Source: an uncultured Candidatus Saccharibacteria bacterium
GTDB taxonomy: Bacteria > Patescibacteriota > Minisyncoccia > Phycocordibacterales > UBA1006
NCBI GenBank assembly: GCA_964628065.1
Contig: CAZVLM010000001.1
Location: 9,357-73,356 of the forward strand
Reading direction: 5' to 3'
Length of the DNA stretch: 64,000 nucleotides
How positions within the stretch are numbered: the first letter of the stretch is position 1; every line of letters begins with the position of its first letter. The notes below the pieces were generated by a model. The model ran no database searches, was not told the origin of the DNA, and saw only the letters and a list, made by a program, of their open reading frames with translations. Position numbers and translations under genes: made by a program. This document shows, piece by piece, positions 30,487 to 39,831 of this stretch.

Positions 30487-30990
30487 ATGAGCAAATTAGA
30501 CTATAAGTATCTTCTCATGAAGATGAAGCGCCACAACATTGAAGAAGCGCTCGGAAAGACCCTCATCCTCCAGGATAATCCCATCCTCAAAGCCAATCGG
30601 GAGGCAGGAGGCATTCTGATTGAACTTATTATTATAATAGCCTTTATAAGTCAGAATGACGATGAGCCGGATTTTTTCGAAATGTTAAAAGAACTTTCTT
30701 CGTCAGAAAAAGTTTCCAACTTGCTTGAATGCTGGAAATACAATTTCCCAGATCTTCAAATTCGGTTTTCCGCCTCACCGGTCCTTTCAGGGCCTGATAA
30801 GGATGATGCACTCGCTCTTTTAGAGATTGTGAGGACTCAATCTGAACACACTGAAATTAAGAACTTGTTAGAACTTATTCAACAAGAAACCCTTCTTGCA
30901 CCTTACGCAATATCCGTTGTTCTGGATGAACCGATTAAGGCTGACGCCGGAATCTTTCCTACGGAAAAAACCTATTCGTTTCTTGAATAA
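30487..30990 (+). CDS. Hypothetical protein
   Basis: 167-aa ORF followed by the terminator at 31004..31031. Confidence 0.35.
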   Translation: MSKLDYKYLLMKMKRHNIEEALGKTLILQDNPILKANREAGGILIELIIIIAFISQNDDEPDFFEMLKELSSSEKVSNLLECWKYNFPDLQIRFSASPVLSGPDKDDALALLEIVRTQSEHTEIKNLLELIQQETLLAPYAISVVLDEPIKADAGIFPTEKTYSFLE

Positions 30991-31003
30991 AAAATTTAAA
31001 ACA

Positions 31004-31031
31004 GAATTCCCTGCTGTGCGGCAGGGAATTT
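31004..31031. terminator. Bidirectional terminator (GAATTCCCTGC-TGTGCG-GCAGGGAATT)
   Basis: 10-bp stem between convergent genes. Confidence 0.6.
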
Positions 31032-31038
31032 TAATTAA

Positions 31039-32574
31039 TTAAGGCAAAACTGTTATCTGCTTAACAAGTGAATTGTTCGCTTCATTCGATTCATTTACTA
31101 AATTGTATCCCCCAGTTGTGCCCATTGCATAGTCATCCACTCGAACTGTAAGTCCAAAAGTTCCACTTACTCCTAATATGTTTGGCGTCGTAGACTGATA
31201 CACGTCCACATCATACGTCTGCCCCACCGCCAGCGTAACAGGATTCATTAATTGCTGTGCGCCATAACTTACGCCATTTTTAAGGAAACTAATCTGAGTT
31301 CCGCGCGGAAGGGTTGCCGTCGCACTGCCAATATTTTTAATCGTTGCATGCACCTTAAAGTTGGTATTAGGTGTTGGTTCTTTCGTCGGGTCGATGATAA
31401 CTCGTACATGCGGAGATGAGGGGGTCCATGTGAAGTCTTCTACGATTAGGTCGGGTTTTGTGATCGAAACAGGGAAATTTGTACATGGTGCAAACTTTTG
31501 AATGCGAGTATTTCCTCCGTCCCCCACATAAACATTTCCATAACTATCTATGGCAACACTAAACGCTCCCCTGAACTGCCCGTCTGCTGAACCATACGTT
31601 CCAAATTGAGTAAGGTAAATACCATTTCCTGTAAATTTTTGGATACGTGAATTATTCCTATCCACAACATACACATTGCCGACTTGGTCTGTCGCAATAC
31701 CGAATGGTTGATTAAATTGACCATTGCCACTACCGTATGTTCCCCATTTACTTATGTATGCTCCGGAAGATGTAAATTTTTGGATACGGTTATTTCCCGT
31801 ACCAACACTATCTGCAACAAAAATATTTCCGAAGATGTCTGCGGCAATACCGAGATTTCCTTGAAACTGACCGTTTCCAGTACCGTACGTTCCCCACTTA
31901 CTTAAATAAACTCCATTTGAATTAAATTTCTGAATTCTGTAATTACCTGTATCTGATACATAAATATTTCCCATGGAATCAATTGCAATTCCCCAGGGAT
32001 TTTTAAACTGTCCATCTGCAGAACCATAAGTTCCCCACTGGGTTATATAGGTACCAGTAGAAGAAAACTTCTGAATACGATGATTAGCACTATCTACAAC
32101 GAAGATATTTCCAAAAGAGTCTACTGCAATACCTTCCGGCATGGCAAATTGACCATTTCCGGAACCACTTCCTCCAAACTGACTAAGATATGTACCTCCT
32201 GAGGAAAACTTTTGAATAAACCCCGTGGTACTGTTATCTGATACATAAACATTATTTGTTTGGTCAACAAAAACCGCACCAACGGAACCAGGGAACAATC
32301 CATTTCCAGAAAACCCAACTCCTCCCCACTTTGTAACAAACTTATACCCACTCGCCGGACATGATAACGGAGCAGTAACCACCGGCCCAGTTGGAATACC
32401 TGCCGGTGTCGGCGTGTTTTGAATAGAGGCAATCTGATTATCCGACAATTTTGTAACTGCGACAGCCCGGTATAACGAAGCGGCATTACTCCCCTGGTAA
32501 TTTTTAACTACTAAAAACGCTCCAGCCGTGATGACTGCGAGCGCAAAAACTGCGAGTGTTAGTTTCTTTTTCAT
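31039..32574 (-). CDS. Secreted NHL-repeat beta-propeller protein with C-terminal CARDB-like domain (paralog 1)
   Basis: Signal peptide, repeated ..GNIYV.D..N.RIQKF.. NHL motifs, and a C-terminal PDLIVEDFTWTPS...NTNFKVHATIKNIGSATA (CARDB-like). Confidence 0.65.
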   Translation of the reverse strand: MKKKLTLAVFALAVITAGAFLVVKNYQGSNAASLYRAVAVTKLSDNQIASIQNTPTPAGIPTGPVVTAPLSCPASGYKFVTKWGGVGFSGNGLFPGSVGAVFVDQTNNVYVSDNSTTGFIQKFSSGGTYLSQFGGSGSGNGQFAMPEGIAVDSFGNIFVVDSANHRIQKFSSTGTYITQWGTYGSADGQFKNPWGIAIDSMGNIYVSDTGNYRIQKFNSNGVYLSKWGTYGTGNGQFQGNLGIAADIFGNIFVADSVGTGNNRIQKFTSSGAYISKWGTYGSGNGQFNQPFGIATDQVGNVYVVDRNNSRIQKFTGNGIYLTQFGTYGSADGQFRGAFSVAIDSYGNVYVGDGGNTRIQKFAPCTNFPVSITKPDLIVEDFTWTPSSPHVRVIIDPTKEPTPNTNFKVHATIKNIGSATATLPRGTQISFLKNGVSYGAQQLMNPVTLAVGQTYDVDVYQSTTPNILGVSGTFGLTVRVDDYAMGTTGGYNLVNESNEANNSLVKQITVLP

Positions 32575-32609
32575 ACCTCTATCATATCCCTAAGCTTTTA
32601 TAGAGTCAA

Positions 32610-34181
32610 TTAAGGCAAAACTGTTATCTGCTTAACAAGTGAATTGTTCGCTTCATTCGATTCATTTACTAAATTGTATCCCCCAGTTGTACCCATTGCA
32701 TAGTCATCAACTCGAACTGTAAGTCCAAACGTGCCAGCTGTTCCGAGAATGTTCGGAGTCGTAGACTGGTACACATCTACATCAAACGTTTGACCCACCG
32801 GAAGCGTAACAGGATTCATCAATTGCTGCGCACCGTGACTTACTCCATTTTTAAGGAAACTTATCTGAGTTCCACGCGGAAGCGTTGCAGTCGCACTACC
32901 GATATTTTTAATCGTTGCATGCACCTTAAAGTTAGTGTTCGGGGTCGGTTCTTTTGTTGGATCAGTAATAATTCGTACGTGAGGAGATGAGGGAGTCCAT
33001 GTAAAGTCTTCTACAATTAGGTCAGGTTTAGTAATACTTAATGGAACTGAAGGGATTCGAACGGGAGTACACGGAGAAAATTTTTCAATTCGGTTATTAG
33101 CTGAATCTGAAACATATATATCTCCTTGGGGACTAACAGCAATACCTACAGGAGCTCTAAACTGACCATTACCATAACCACTACTTCCCAACTGAGCTAT
33201 ATAAGCTCCATTCTGATCAAATTTCTGGACGCGCTCTTGATAATTATCCACCACATAAATATTTCCATAAGAATCAACATCGATACCTACTGGATCCATA
33301 AATTTTCCATTTCCAACATATCCCCTGCTACCGATCTGTGAAAGATATTGCCCTGTTGAGTTAAACTTTTTAACCCCATAACCAGTAAGGCTCGTGATAT
33401 AAATGTTTCCCGCTGTATCAAGAAATACATCGTTGTCTACACCTGTTGGATTTGAAAATTGCCCGCTTGCAGAACTTCCCGTCCCAAACTGGCTTAAATA
33501 TCCTCCATTCGACTTAAACTTTTGAACACGATTATTATACCTATCAACAACATAAATATTTCCCGCTGTATCGATCGCAATACCTCCGGGGCCATTAAAT
33601 TGTCCATTATTAGCGCCAAGCGTTCCCCATTGGGTAATATAATTTCCCTGAGAATCAAATTTTTCAACTCTATTGTTACCAGTATCAACTACATAAACAT
33701 TTCCTGTCATATCAATTGCAATGCCTCCTAAAGAGTCACCTAATGCGAAATTTGGAACCTGAAATTGTCCATTCGCTGATCCTTGCGTTCCCCACTGTAA
33801 TATATATTGACCACTTGAATTAAACTTCTGAATACGATTGTTACGAGCATCATGAACATAAACATCCCCCGATGAATTAACGGCTATATATCCGGGGATA
33901 GCGAACTGGCTATTGCCTGAACCATAGACGCCCCACTGAGAAACATAATTATACCCGCTCGCCGGACATGATAACGGAGCAGTAACCACCGGCCCAGTTG
34001 GAATACCTGCCGGTGTCGGCGTGTTTTGAATAGAGGCAATCTGATTATCCGACAATTTTGTAACTGCGACAGCCCGGTATAACGAAGCGGCATTACTCCC
34101 CTGGTAATTTTTAACTACTAAAAACGCTCCAGCCGTGACGACTGCGATCGCAAAAACTGCGAGTGTTAGTTTCTTTTTCAT
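32610..34181 (-). CDS. Secreted NHL-repeat beta-propeller protein with C-terminal CARDB-like domain (paralog 2)
   Basis: Same architecture as paralog 1. The first ~78 aa and last ~140 aa are near-identical to it at the nucleotide level, while the central repeats are divergent. Confidence 0.65.
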   Translation of the reverse strand: MKKKLTLAVFAIAVVTAGAFLVVKNYQGSNAASLYRAVAVTKLSDNQIASIQNTPTPAGIPTGPVVTAPLSCPASGYNYVSQWGVYGSGNSQFAIPGYIAVNSSGDVYVHDARNNRIQKFNSSGQYILQWGTQGSANGQFQVPNFALGDSLGGIAIDMTGNVYVVDTGNNRVEKFDSQGNYITQWGTLGANNGQFNGPGGIAIDTAGNIYVVDRYNNRVQKFKSNGGYLSQFGTGSSASGQFSNPTGVDNDVFLDTAGNIYITSLTGYGVKKFNSTGQYLSQIGSRGYVGNGKFMDPVGIDVDSYGNIYVVDNYQERVQKFDQNGAYIAQLGSSGYGNGQFRAPVGIAVSPQGDIYVSDSANNRIEKFSPCTPVRIPSVPLSITKPDLIVEDFTWTPSSPHVRIITDPTKEPTPNTNFKVHATIKNIGSATATLPRGTQISFLKNGVSHGAQQLMNPVTLPVGQTFDVDVYQSTTPNILGTAGTFGLTVRVDDYAMGTTGGYNLVNESNEANNSLVKQITVLP

Positions 34182-34190
34182 ACACTTATC

Positions 34191-34820
34191 TTACTTCCTT
34201 AATTCAGGATGGTCAATCTTATTGATCAACTTCTCATGAGGATAATCAAGCATATCCCGAAGCAATTTGTCATACATGTTAAGTCGGTAAATGAATTCTT
34301 CTGTTTCGAAAACGGCGTATCGCAACTCCTTTCCGATTTCTGATTCAAGTTCCTTAATCTTTCGATCAATCGCTTTTCGTTCCAGTCGATCTCCGACAAT
34401 CATAAGATCCATTGTTCGGTCGTTGTCATGCAAGAAAATTCCAGAAACTACGAAGAGTCCAATCTTGCCAATCTTATTAAATCGAGGAAGCAAATCAGGA
34501 ATATGAGTTCCTGCAGCATCAACCAGAAGACTTCGAAGGGGTTCGCTGAGCGTAAACTCTTTTACAGCGACATATCCTGGATACTTCTTTCTCTTTGTGC
34601 TTTTTCCTTTAACTATTACTTTTGTGACAACCTTTGGCTTGATCATACCCACTTTTGCAAGCTCCAAAAGATCGCTTTTAATAAGTTTAGGCTGGACTCG
34701 TAATCGCTCCGCCAAGTCCTCAATAGATATTGCAATATCTTGATTCAATAAGAAAAACTTCATCAGTTTCACCCGAGTCATCGATCCAAACAATCTTCCT
34801 AAAATATCAAGCTGTTTCAT
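34191..34820 (-). CDS. wHTH protein with C-terminal minimal nucleotidyltransferase-like region (hypothetical regulator)
   Basis: N-terminal ..ISIEDLAERLRVQPKLIKSDLLELAKVGMI.. wHTH. C-terminal ..GLFVVSGIFLHDNDRTMDLMIVGD.. resembles the GS..D.D of minimal NTases. Confidence 0.35.
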   Translation of the reverse strand: MKQLDILGRLFGSMTRVKLMKFFLLNQDIAISIEDLAERLRVQPKLIKSDLLELAKVGMIKPKVVTKVIVKGKSTKRKKYPGYVAVKEFTLSEPLRSLLVDAAGTHIPDLLPRFNKIGKIGLFVVSGIFLHDNDRTMDLMIVGDRLERKAIDRKIKELESEIGKELRYAVFETEEFIYRLNMYDKLLRDMLDYPHEKLINKIDHPELRK

Positions 34821-34852
34821 ATGCGGGCATTATACAGGAATTTATAGAAAGC

Positions 34853-34878
34853 AAAAAAGCTCCCAAGGGAGCTTTTTT
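34853..34878. terminator. Bidirectional terminator (AAAAAAGCTCCC-AAG-GGAGCTTTTTT)
   Basis: Perfect hairpin with A/T flanks. Confidence 0.6.
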
Positions 34879-34904
34879 GTGGTGAAATGTGAATTATTTC
34901 AATT

Positions 34905-35555
34905 CTACCTTTCCTTATAAGGATTAGTAATGATTCCAATATTATCTATTAATTCATCGGAAAACTGACTTAATTTTATAACACCTTTTCTCAATTCCCT
35001 CTTTGAGGTTGCAACCTTGCCCAATTCGTAAGATTTCCCCTTAACTGGAGTAACCACAATAACTTCTTTCTGCAATTTTACAGTAACAATTCGAACCGCT
35101 TCAACCAGATCAGAGTCGGCAGATAACACGATAGCAACATCATAACAATCTTCATGCGCATCATGCACAATATGAACCGCAAGGCTTACATCTGTTCCCT
35201 TCTCTTCGGTTTTAATAACGGGAACCTGCTCATGGGTTTGTGCATGAGTCATTTGAATGATGTGCGACGAGAAATATCCTTCAATGATCTCAAGATTTTC
35301 AATAGTTTTAAGCGCTCGCCAATATATCTGCTGATTAATAGGTCGATCTTCCTTTCCAGTGTCGTGGATTCGAATTTTTATCTGAGCCGTAAAAAACTTA
35401 ATCATGACAATTTCATATTCCGGAAACATCAAAGCCGTCAGCTTGCTGTAATCAAGCCATTTGTAAGGAGTTCCCTTGAGTCTTCCGTAGAAAATATTAA
35501 AGCTGTCGATGTATATGAACGCTCTTTTCATGCAAAAAAACGATAACACATCCAA
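34905..35555 (-). CDS. NYN-domain (LabA-like) ribonuclease. Likely start is the ATG at 35531.
   Basis: AFIYIDSFNIFYG...KGTDVSLAVHIVHDAHEDCYDVAIVLSADSDLVEAV matches the NYN/LabA pattern. Confidence 0.55.
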   Translation of the reverse strand: MDVLSFFCMKRAFIYIDSFNIFYGRLKGTPYKWLDYSKLTALMFPEYEIVMIKFFTAQIKIRIHDTGKEDRPINQQIYWRALKTIENLEIIEGYFSSHIIQMTHAQTHEQVPVIKTEEKGTDVSLAVHIVHDAHEDCYDVAIVLSADSDLVEAVRIVTVKLQKEVIVVTPVKGKSYELGKVATSKRELRKGVIKLSQFSDELIDNIGIITNPYKER

Positions 35556-35681
35556 ATAAAGTTTTTATCAATTTAAAAGTTTTATTCAGCAGAAAAGCCC
35601 CCGAGAGAGCTTTTCGCGTCCCACCACCGAAGCAATGGGAGGGTTAAGATAAGTATAATTTATCTTGTTTTGGATGTCAAA

Positions 35682-36074
35682 TTATTTCAATTCTACCTTT
35701 CCTCCTGCGTCTTCGATCTGCTTCTTAAGAGCTTCAGCATCTTCCTTCTTCATTCCCTCTTTCAAGGTTGCTGGAAGGTTGTCTACCAAGTCCTTAGCTT
35801 CTTTCAATCCAAGCCCGAGAGCCTCCTTCGCAACTTTCATCATTGCAATTTTAGCACCTCCGTCAGAGACCAATACTACGGTGTAGTCAGTCTTTTCTTC
35901 AGCTGCCGCTGCTGCAGGACCTGCAACCGCTACTGCTGCTGCAGAAACGCCGAACTTCACTTCAAATAATTTTACCAACTCGTTCAAGTCAAGAACTGAC
36001 ATTTCTTCGATTGCCTTAACAATTGAAGCGAACTTTGCTGGAACTTCAACATTAACTTTGTTTTCTTCAGACAT
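35682..36074 (-). CDS. rplL: 50S ribosomal protein L7/L12
   Basis: [49 protein letters not shown]...KEAKDLV..GGKVELK. The ORF track start at 36116 is an upstream extension. Confidence 0.9.
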   Translation of the reverse strand: MSEENKVNVEVPAKFASIVKAIEEMSVLDLNELVKLFEVKFGVSAAAVAVAGPAAAAAEEKTDYTVVLVSDGGAKIAMMKVAKEALGLGLKEAKDLVDNLPATLKEGMKKEDAEALKKQIEDAGGKVELK

Positions 36075-36088
36075 AAATATGATTTCCC

Positions 36089-36114
36089 GTGTTCGCCGCG
36101 GACGCGGCGAACAC
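36089..36114 (-). promoter_or_regulatory. Perfect 12-bp GC-rich hairpin (GTGTTCGCCGCG-GA-CGCGGCGAACAC) in the rplJ-rplL spacer
   Basis: Palindrome read directly from the sequence. Unusually GC-rich for this genome. Confidence 0.4.
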
Positions 36115-36139
36115 AAAGAATAGATTACTTTTTAATAAA

Positions 36140-36631
36140 TTATGCAGACTTCTTTTCTGCGATCGCATTAAGCGCCAATACCAATCCCTGGATAGGGCTG
36201 TTGATGACGTTAACGAACATTCCTCGAAGAACTGGAGTAGCAGGAATCATAGCGATTGCCATGATTTCAGACTTGTCCATGAATCGTCCTTCGAATACTC
36301 CACCTACCATCGATAGCTTGTCAGCGAATTTCTTTGTAAATGCGTACACTTCTCGTGCAGGAGCTGTAAGATCAGATGAATACGCAACTGCGATTTCACC
36401 ATCAAGTACTGGCATGTCACCGGTAATACCAGCTGATACCAATGCTCGCTTAAGGAGTGTCTTCTTTACAACTTTTAGGCTTGCACCTGCTTCTGCCAAC
36501 GCGTTTCGCAACATCGTTGTATCAGCAACTGACAATCCTTTCGCATGGACAAACACAATCGATCCTGAATCTTTGGTAATTTTTTCAAATCCACCGAGAA
36601 GTTCAGCTTTCTTTTGTTTCGTAAGAGCCAT
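36140..36631 (-). CDS. rplJ: 50S ribosomal protein L10
   Basis: MALTKQKKAELLGGFEKITKDSGSIVFVHAKGLSVADTTMLRNALAEAG.. matches the L10 family. Gene order is rplJ-rplL. Confidence 0.9.
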   Translation of the reverse strand: MALTKQKKAELLGGFEKITKDSGSIVFVHAKGLSVADTTMLRNALAEAGASLKVVKKTLLKRALVSAGITGDMPVLDGEIAVAYSSDLTAPAREVYAFTKKFADKLSMVGGVFEGRFMDKSEIMAIAMIPATPVLRGMFVNVINSPIQGLVLALNAIAEKKSA

Positions 36632-36785
36632 AACAAAAATTGACTAGTCTTATAAAATTTTGCACACAAATGAGATTTACCTCGGTAGCTAATTAAGTTC
36701 GCCCTTCGACAAGCTCAGGGTAAACAGCTACTGTCTTTGATGTACAACGGGTTCTATATTACTCATATTTATGAATAAGTCAAGA

Positions 36786-36813
36786 AAACACCCCCGACTA
36801 ATCGGGGGTGTTG
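36786..36813. terminator. Terminator hairpin (AACACCCCCG-ACTAAT-CGGGGGTGTT)
   Basis: Downstream of 36814..37410 and upstream of the rplJ leader. Confidence 0.55.
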
Positions 36814-37410
36814 TTACTGAATTTTAAGGGCTGAAATACGGGCACGCCTGATGTAGGAAGTCGTGCCGGTGGGCCATGAGCCCCACATCAGCGAATACGT
36901 TGTCGTAGTGGTCGGACTAATTTGTTGCATATCACTCCATGATCCATAGGTGCCAGTATTTGAATACGCGATACTGTAGGCTATTTCTATTGCTCCCTCA
37001 TTAAGTTGGACCCTCGCACCTGCATCAATAGAACTATTGAATACATCGCAGTTTGAAAAAAGCAGATAGGTACCTGGTGGAAGCGTAAGCGACACACGAG
37101 TCTGCATGACGCTTGTAGACGTACTCATTTGAGCATTACTTGAAATGTAATAAGTAATCGGATTAGAACTTATTCCTTGAAATACTCTTTTAAGCGTGTC
37201 TACATCTACCGCACAAAGCATTCCTGCGGAATCTACCACTGCAACCCTCTTAACGCTTGCCAATTTTTTTACAGAATCCACTTTAAAGGTTCCTGCAACA
37301 TGAAGTGTAGCCTGAGGATTGTTCGTTCCGATCCCCACCCCGCCTCTTTGTGAAAATCCGTTCATACTTATTAATAGTAATAAGCAACATGAGATTACGT
37401 TCTGTTTCAT
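36814..37410 (-). CDS. Secreted protein sharing a C-terminal domain with the collagen-like protein
   Basis: Signal peptide. The C-terminal ...[13 protein letters not shown]...DAGARVQ...EIAYSIAYSNTGTYGSW...[27 protein letters not shown] is alignable with the C-terminus of 37434..38402. Confidence 0.45.
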   Translation of the reverse strand: MKQNVISCCLLLLISMNGFSQRGGVGIGTNNPQATLHVAGTFKVDSVKKLASVKRVAVVDSAGMLCAVDVDTLKRVFQGISSNPITYYISSNAQMSTSTSVMQTRVSLTLPPGTYLLFSNCDVFNSSIDAGARVQLNEGAIEIAYSIAYSNTGTYGSWSDMQQISPTTTTTYSLMWGSWPTGTTSYIRRARISALKIQ

Positions 37411-37433
37411 TCTTACATTATTTAAGTAAAAAA

Positions 37434-38402
37434 TTATTGAGTCTTAACAGCCACAAGTCGCGCTCTCCGAATATATGAAGTTCCATTTGGCCACGAACCC
37501 CAAAGTAAGTCATAAGTACTTACGGTAGTAACTTGAACTTTTTTTAATGCATACCACGAACCAAACGTGCTGGTATTTGAATACACTATTCCATAAGCAA
37601 TCTCAGAAGTATCCCTCATGATTTGTGCGCGCACTCCTGCGTCAACCGTTGGATTGTATGCTTCCAAATAACCTTGGAGTAAGTAATTGCCTGGTGGAAG
37701 AGTTAACGATACGCGCACTTGAAGAGTTTGCGTAGTAATACTAGAGATTGGCTCCATTTCCGCGTAATAAACTTGAGGAATAGCATCAGCCCCTGTCGGA
37801 CCAGTAACGCCAATTGCGCCACTCAATCCAGTATTGCCTGGCAATCCTTGAGGGCCGGTTGGGCCTTGGATTCCTGCAATACCGGTCGGTCCTGTCGGAC
37901 CGACCGAGCCAGCTAATCCGTCCGTTCCGGACGGACCCGTTGCGCCAGTAATACCAGTTGCACCAGTTGGGCCTTGGGCACCCATTGGACCGATTGCACC
38001 CGTAGGTCCCACCATGCCATTACCTGAAAAAAGTGCATACGGAACACTCAGAAGTTCTGTGGTTCCCATATCCATAAAATTCCCTCCCCCATTTTGATCA
38101 AGAAATACCTGTAAATATTTAAATCCTGATCCCCAATCAACCGTTGCAAGATTGCCACTACTACCAATTTGGGTCGTCACCAATCCGAACTGGTTAGTGA
38201 TACTAGAAACAATTTCACTGTAGACAATCGTTCCTGTTGATGATGCTTCATGAATAACAAATTTCAGTGTGATCACGCGATTTGCAATAATAACACCTTG
38301 TGCATCCCGCACTACTGCTTGATAATTCATTTTTTGAGGAATCTGAGATTTTAGAAGAATATGCAACATTCCCAATAAGGCGACAAATGTAATTTTTTTC
38401 AT
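37434..38402 (-). CDS. Collagen-like triple-helix-repeat protein with globular N-terminal and C-terminal domains
   Basis: A ~75-aa run of uninterrupted G-X-Y triplets ([74 protein letters not shown]) and a signal peptide. Confidence 0.6.
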   Translation of the reverse strand: MKKITFVALLGMLHILLKSQIPQKMNYQAVVRDAQGVIIANRVITLKFVIHEASSTGTIVYSEIVSSITNQFGLVTTQIGSSGNLATVDWGSGFKYLQVFLDQNGGGNFMDMGTTELLSVPYALFSGNGMVGPTGAIGPMGAQGPTGATGITGATGPSGTDGLAGSVGPTGPTGIAGIQGPTGPQGLPGNTGLSGAIGVTGPTGADAIPQVYYAEMEPISSITTQTLQVRVSLTLPPGNYLLQGYLEAYNPTVDAGVRAQIMRDTSEIAYGIVYSNTSTFGSWYALKKVQVTTVSTYDLLWGSWPNGTSYIRRARLVAVKTQ

Positions 38403-38535
38403 ATTTTAGTTTTTTTAAATGAACAATTTCTCGACCAGTAAACCAAACACCCTCTCAAGAAATTACTAAGAAAAAGTAAAGCCTAGATAAAACCAATCCG
38501 CTGGAAAAAGTGTCAAAAATCCGTATACTGGAACT

Positions 38536-39831
38536 ATGAAAAACTACCGAAAACAAGCCCTCTTTTTGGGAGACGTTCTCTCATTTATTGCAGGATTCTT
38601 CCTGTTTGCCCTCATTGTTTACGGAACTGCTCGTTTTACAGAAGGCGTTTCTCTCCATGCCCTTCCATTGGCAATCCTTGCCATTATATGGATTGCGGTT
38701 TTCTTCATCTTTAACTTTTACGATATTCAGAAATCGAAACCAAACTTAATTTTCTTGAGAAATTTTTTCATTGCCGCACTCATCATGCTTGGTATTGGAT
38801 TTATTTTCTTTTATATCAACCCTGTCACAAAGATCAGTCCTAAAACAAACCTTCTGATTTTCGAAGGTGTCTCACTCGCTCTTATTCTAGGATGGCGCCG
38901 ATTATTCTATTCTGCAACATCAAATATTTTTAGAAGCCGTTTTGCGATTGTGTGCTCCGATGAACGACATCAGACATTGGTCGATGAAGTTTCAAAAAAC
39001 CCTCACTTGGGATTCATATGCGTCGGTACCTACTTAACCCTAGCTGATTTTCATGCGAGTAATGTTGCTGTCGACCTGCTTATTATTCATAAGACAGCTA
39101 TGGAGGAAACAGAACTTTTGGAAAAAACACTGGCGAGCAACATTGATGTAATCGACCTTGCGGAAGCTTATGAAAACATTCTATATAAAATTCCCGTGAA
39201 CTTTATTAACAGTAATTGGGTTATTCACTCTATTAAAAAACAAGGAGATTTTTTCTACTATGCCATTTCACGAGTCATTTCAATCGTGTTTGCGATTGCT
39301 GTATTAATAGTCACTTCTCCTATTTGTCTCGCTATCGTGATTGCTATGAAAATCGAAGACGGTGGACCTATTATTTTCAAAAATGACCGCGTGGGACTTA
39401 ACGGAAAAGTATTTTATCTGTATAAGTTCAGATCCATGATTGTGAACGCTGAAAAAAATGGCGCTGAATGGGCAAAGGTAAACGATTCTCGAATTACAAA
39501 AGTTGGAGCGATTACCCGAAAACTCCATGTTGATGAAATCCCTCAAATGATTAATTTACTTAAAGGAGATTTAACACTGGTAGGACCACGACCTGAACGT
39601 CCAGACTTTGTGGCCGATCTCGAAAAGCAGATCCCCTATTACTTCATGCGACATACGATCAAACCTGGCTTTACCGGATGGGCACAAATTAAATTCCGAT
39701 ATGCTCGAACCATCATGGACTCTCAGGAAAAATTTGAGTACGATTTGTATTACATTAAAAATAGAAACTTTTTCTTGGATGTTGGTATTATTTTGAAGAC
39801 CGCCCAGATCGTGTTCACCCACCTTGAATAA
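38536..39831 (+). CDS. Polyprenyl-phosphate sugar phosphotransferase (bacterial sugar transferase / WbaP-like)
   Basis: N-terminal TM helices. The C-terminal catalytic domain reads ..PIIFKNDRVGLNGKVFYLYKFRSM....DEIPQMINLLKGDLTLVGPRPE. Confidence 0.8.
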   Translation: MKNYRKQALFLGDVLSFIAGFFLFALIVYGTARFTEGVSLHALPLAILAIIWIAVFFIFNFYDIQKSKPNLIFLRNFFIAALIMLGIGFIFFYINPVTKISPKTNLLIFEGVSLALILGWRRLFYSATSNIFRSRFAIVCSDERHQTLVDEVSKNPHLGFICVGTYLTLADFHASNVAVDLLIIHKTAMEETELLEKTLASNIDVIDLAEAYENILYKIPVNFINSNWVIHSIKKQGDFFYYAISRVISIVFAIAVLIVTSPICLAIVIAMKIEDGGPIIFKNDRVGLNGKVFYLYKFRSMIVNAEKNGAEWAKVNDSRITKVGAITRKLHVDEIPQMINLLKGDLTLVGPRPERPDFVADLEKQIPYYFMRHTIKPGFTGWAQIKFRYARTIMDSQEKFEYDLYYIKNRNFFLDVGIILKTAQIVFTHLE

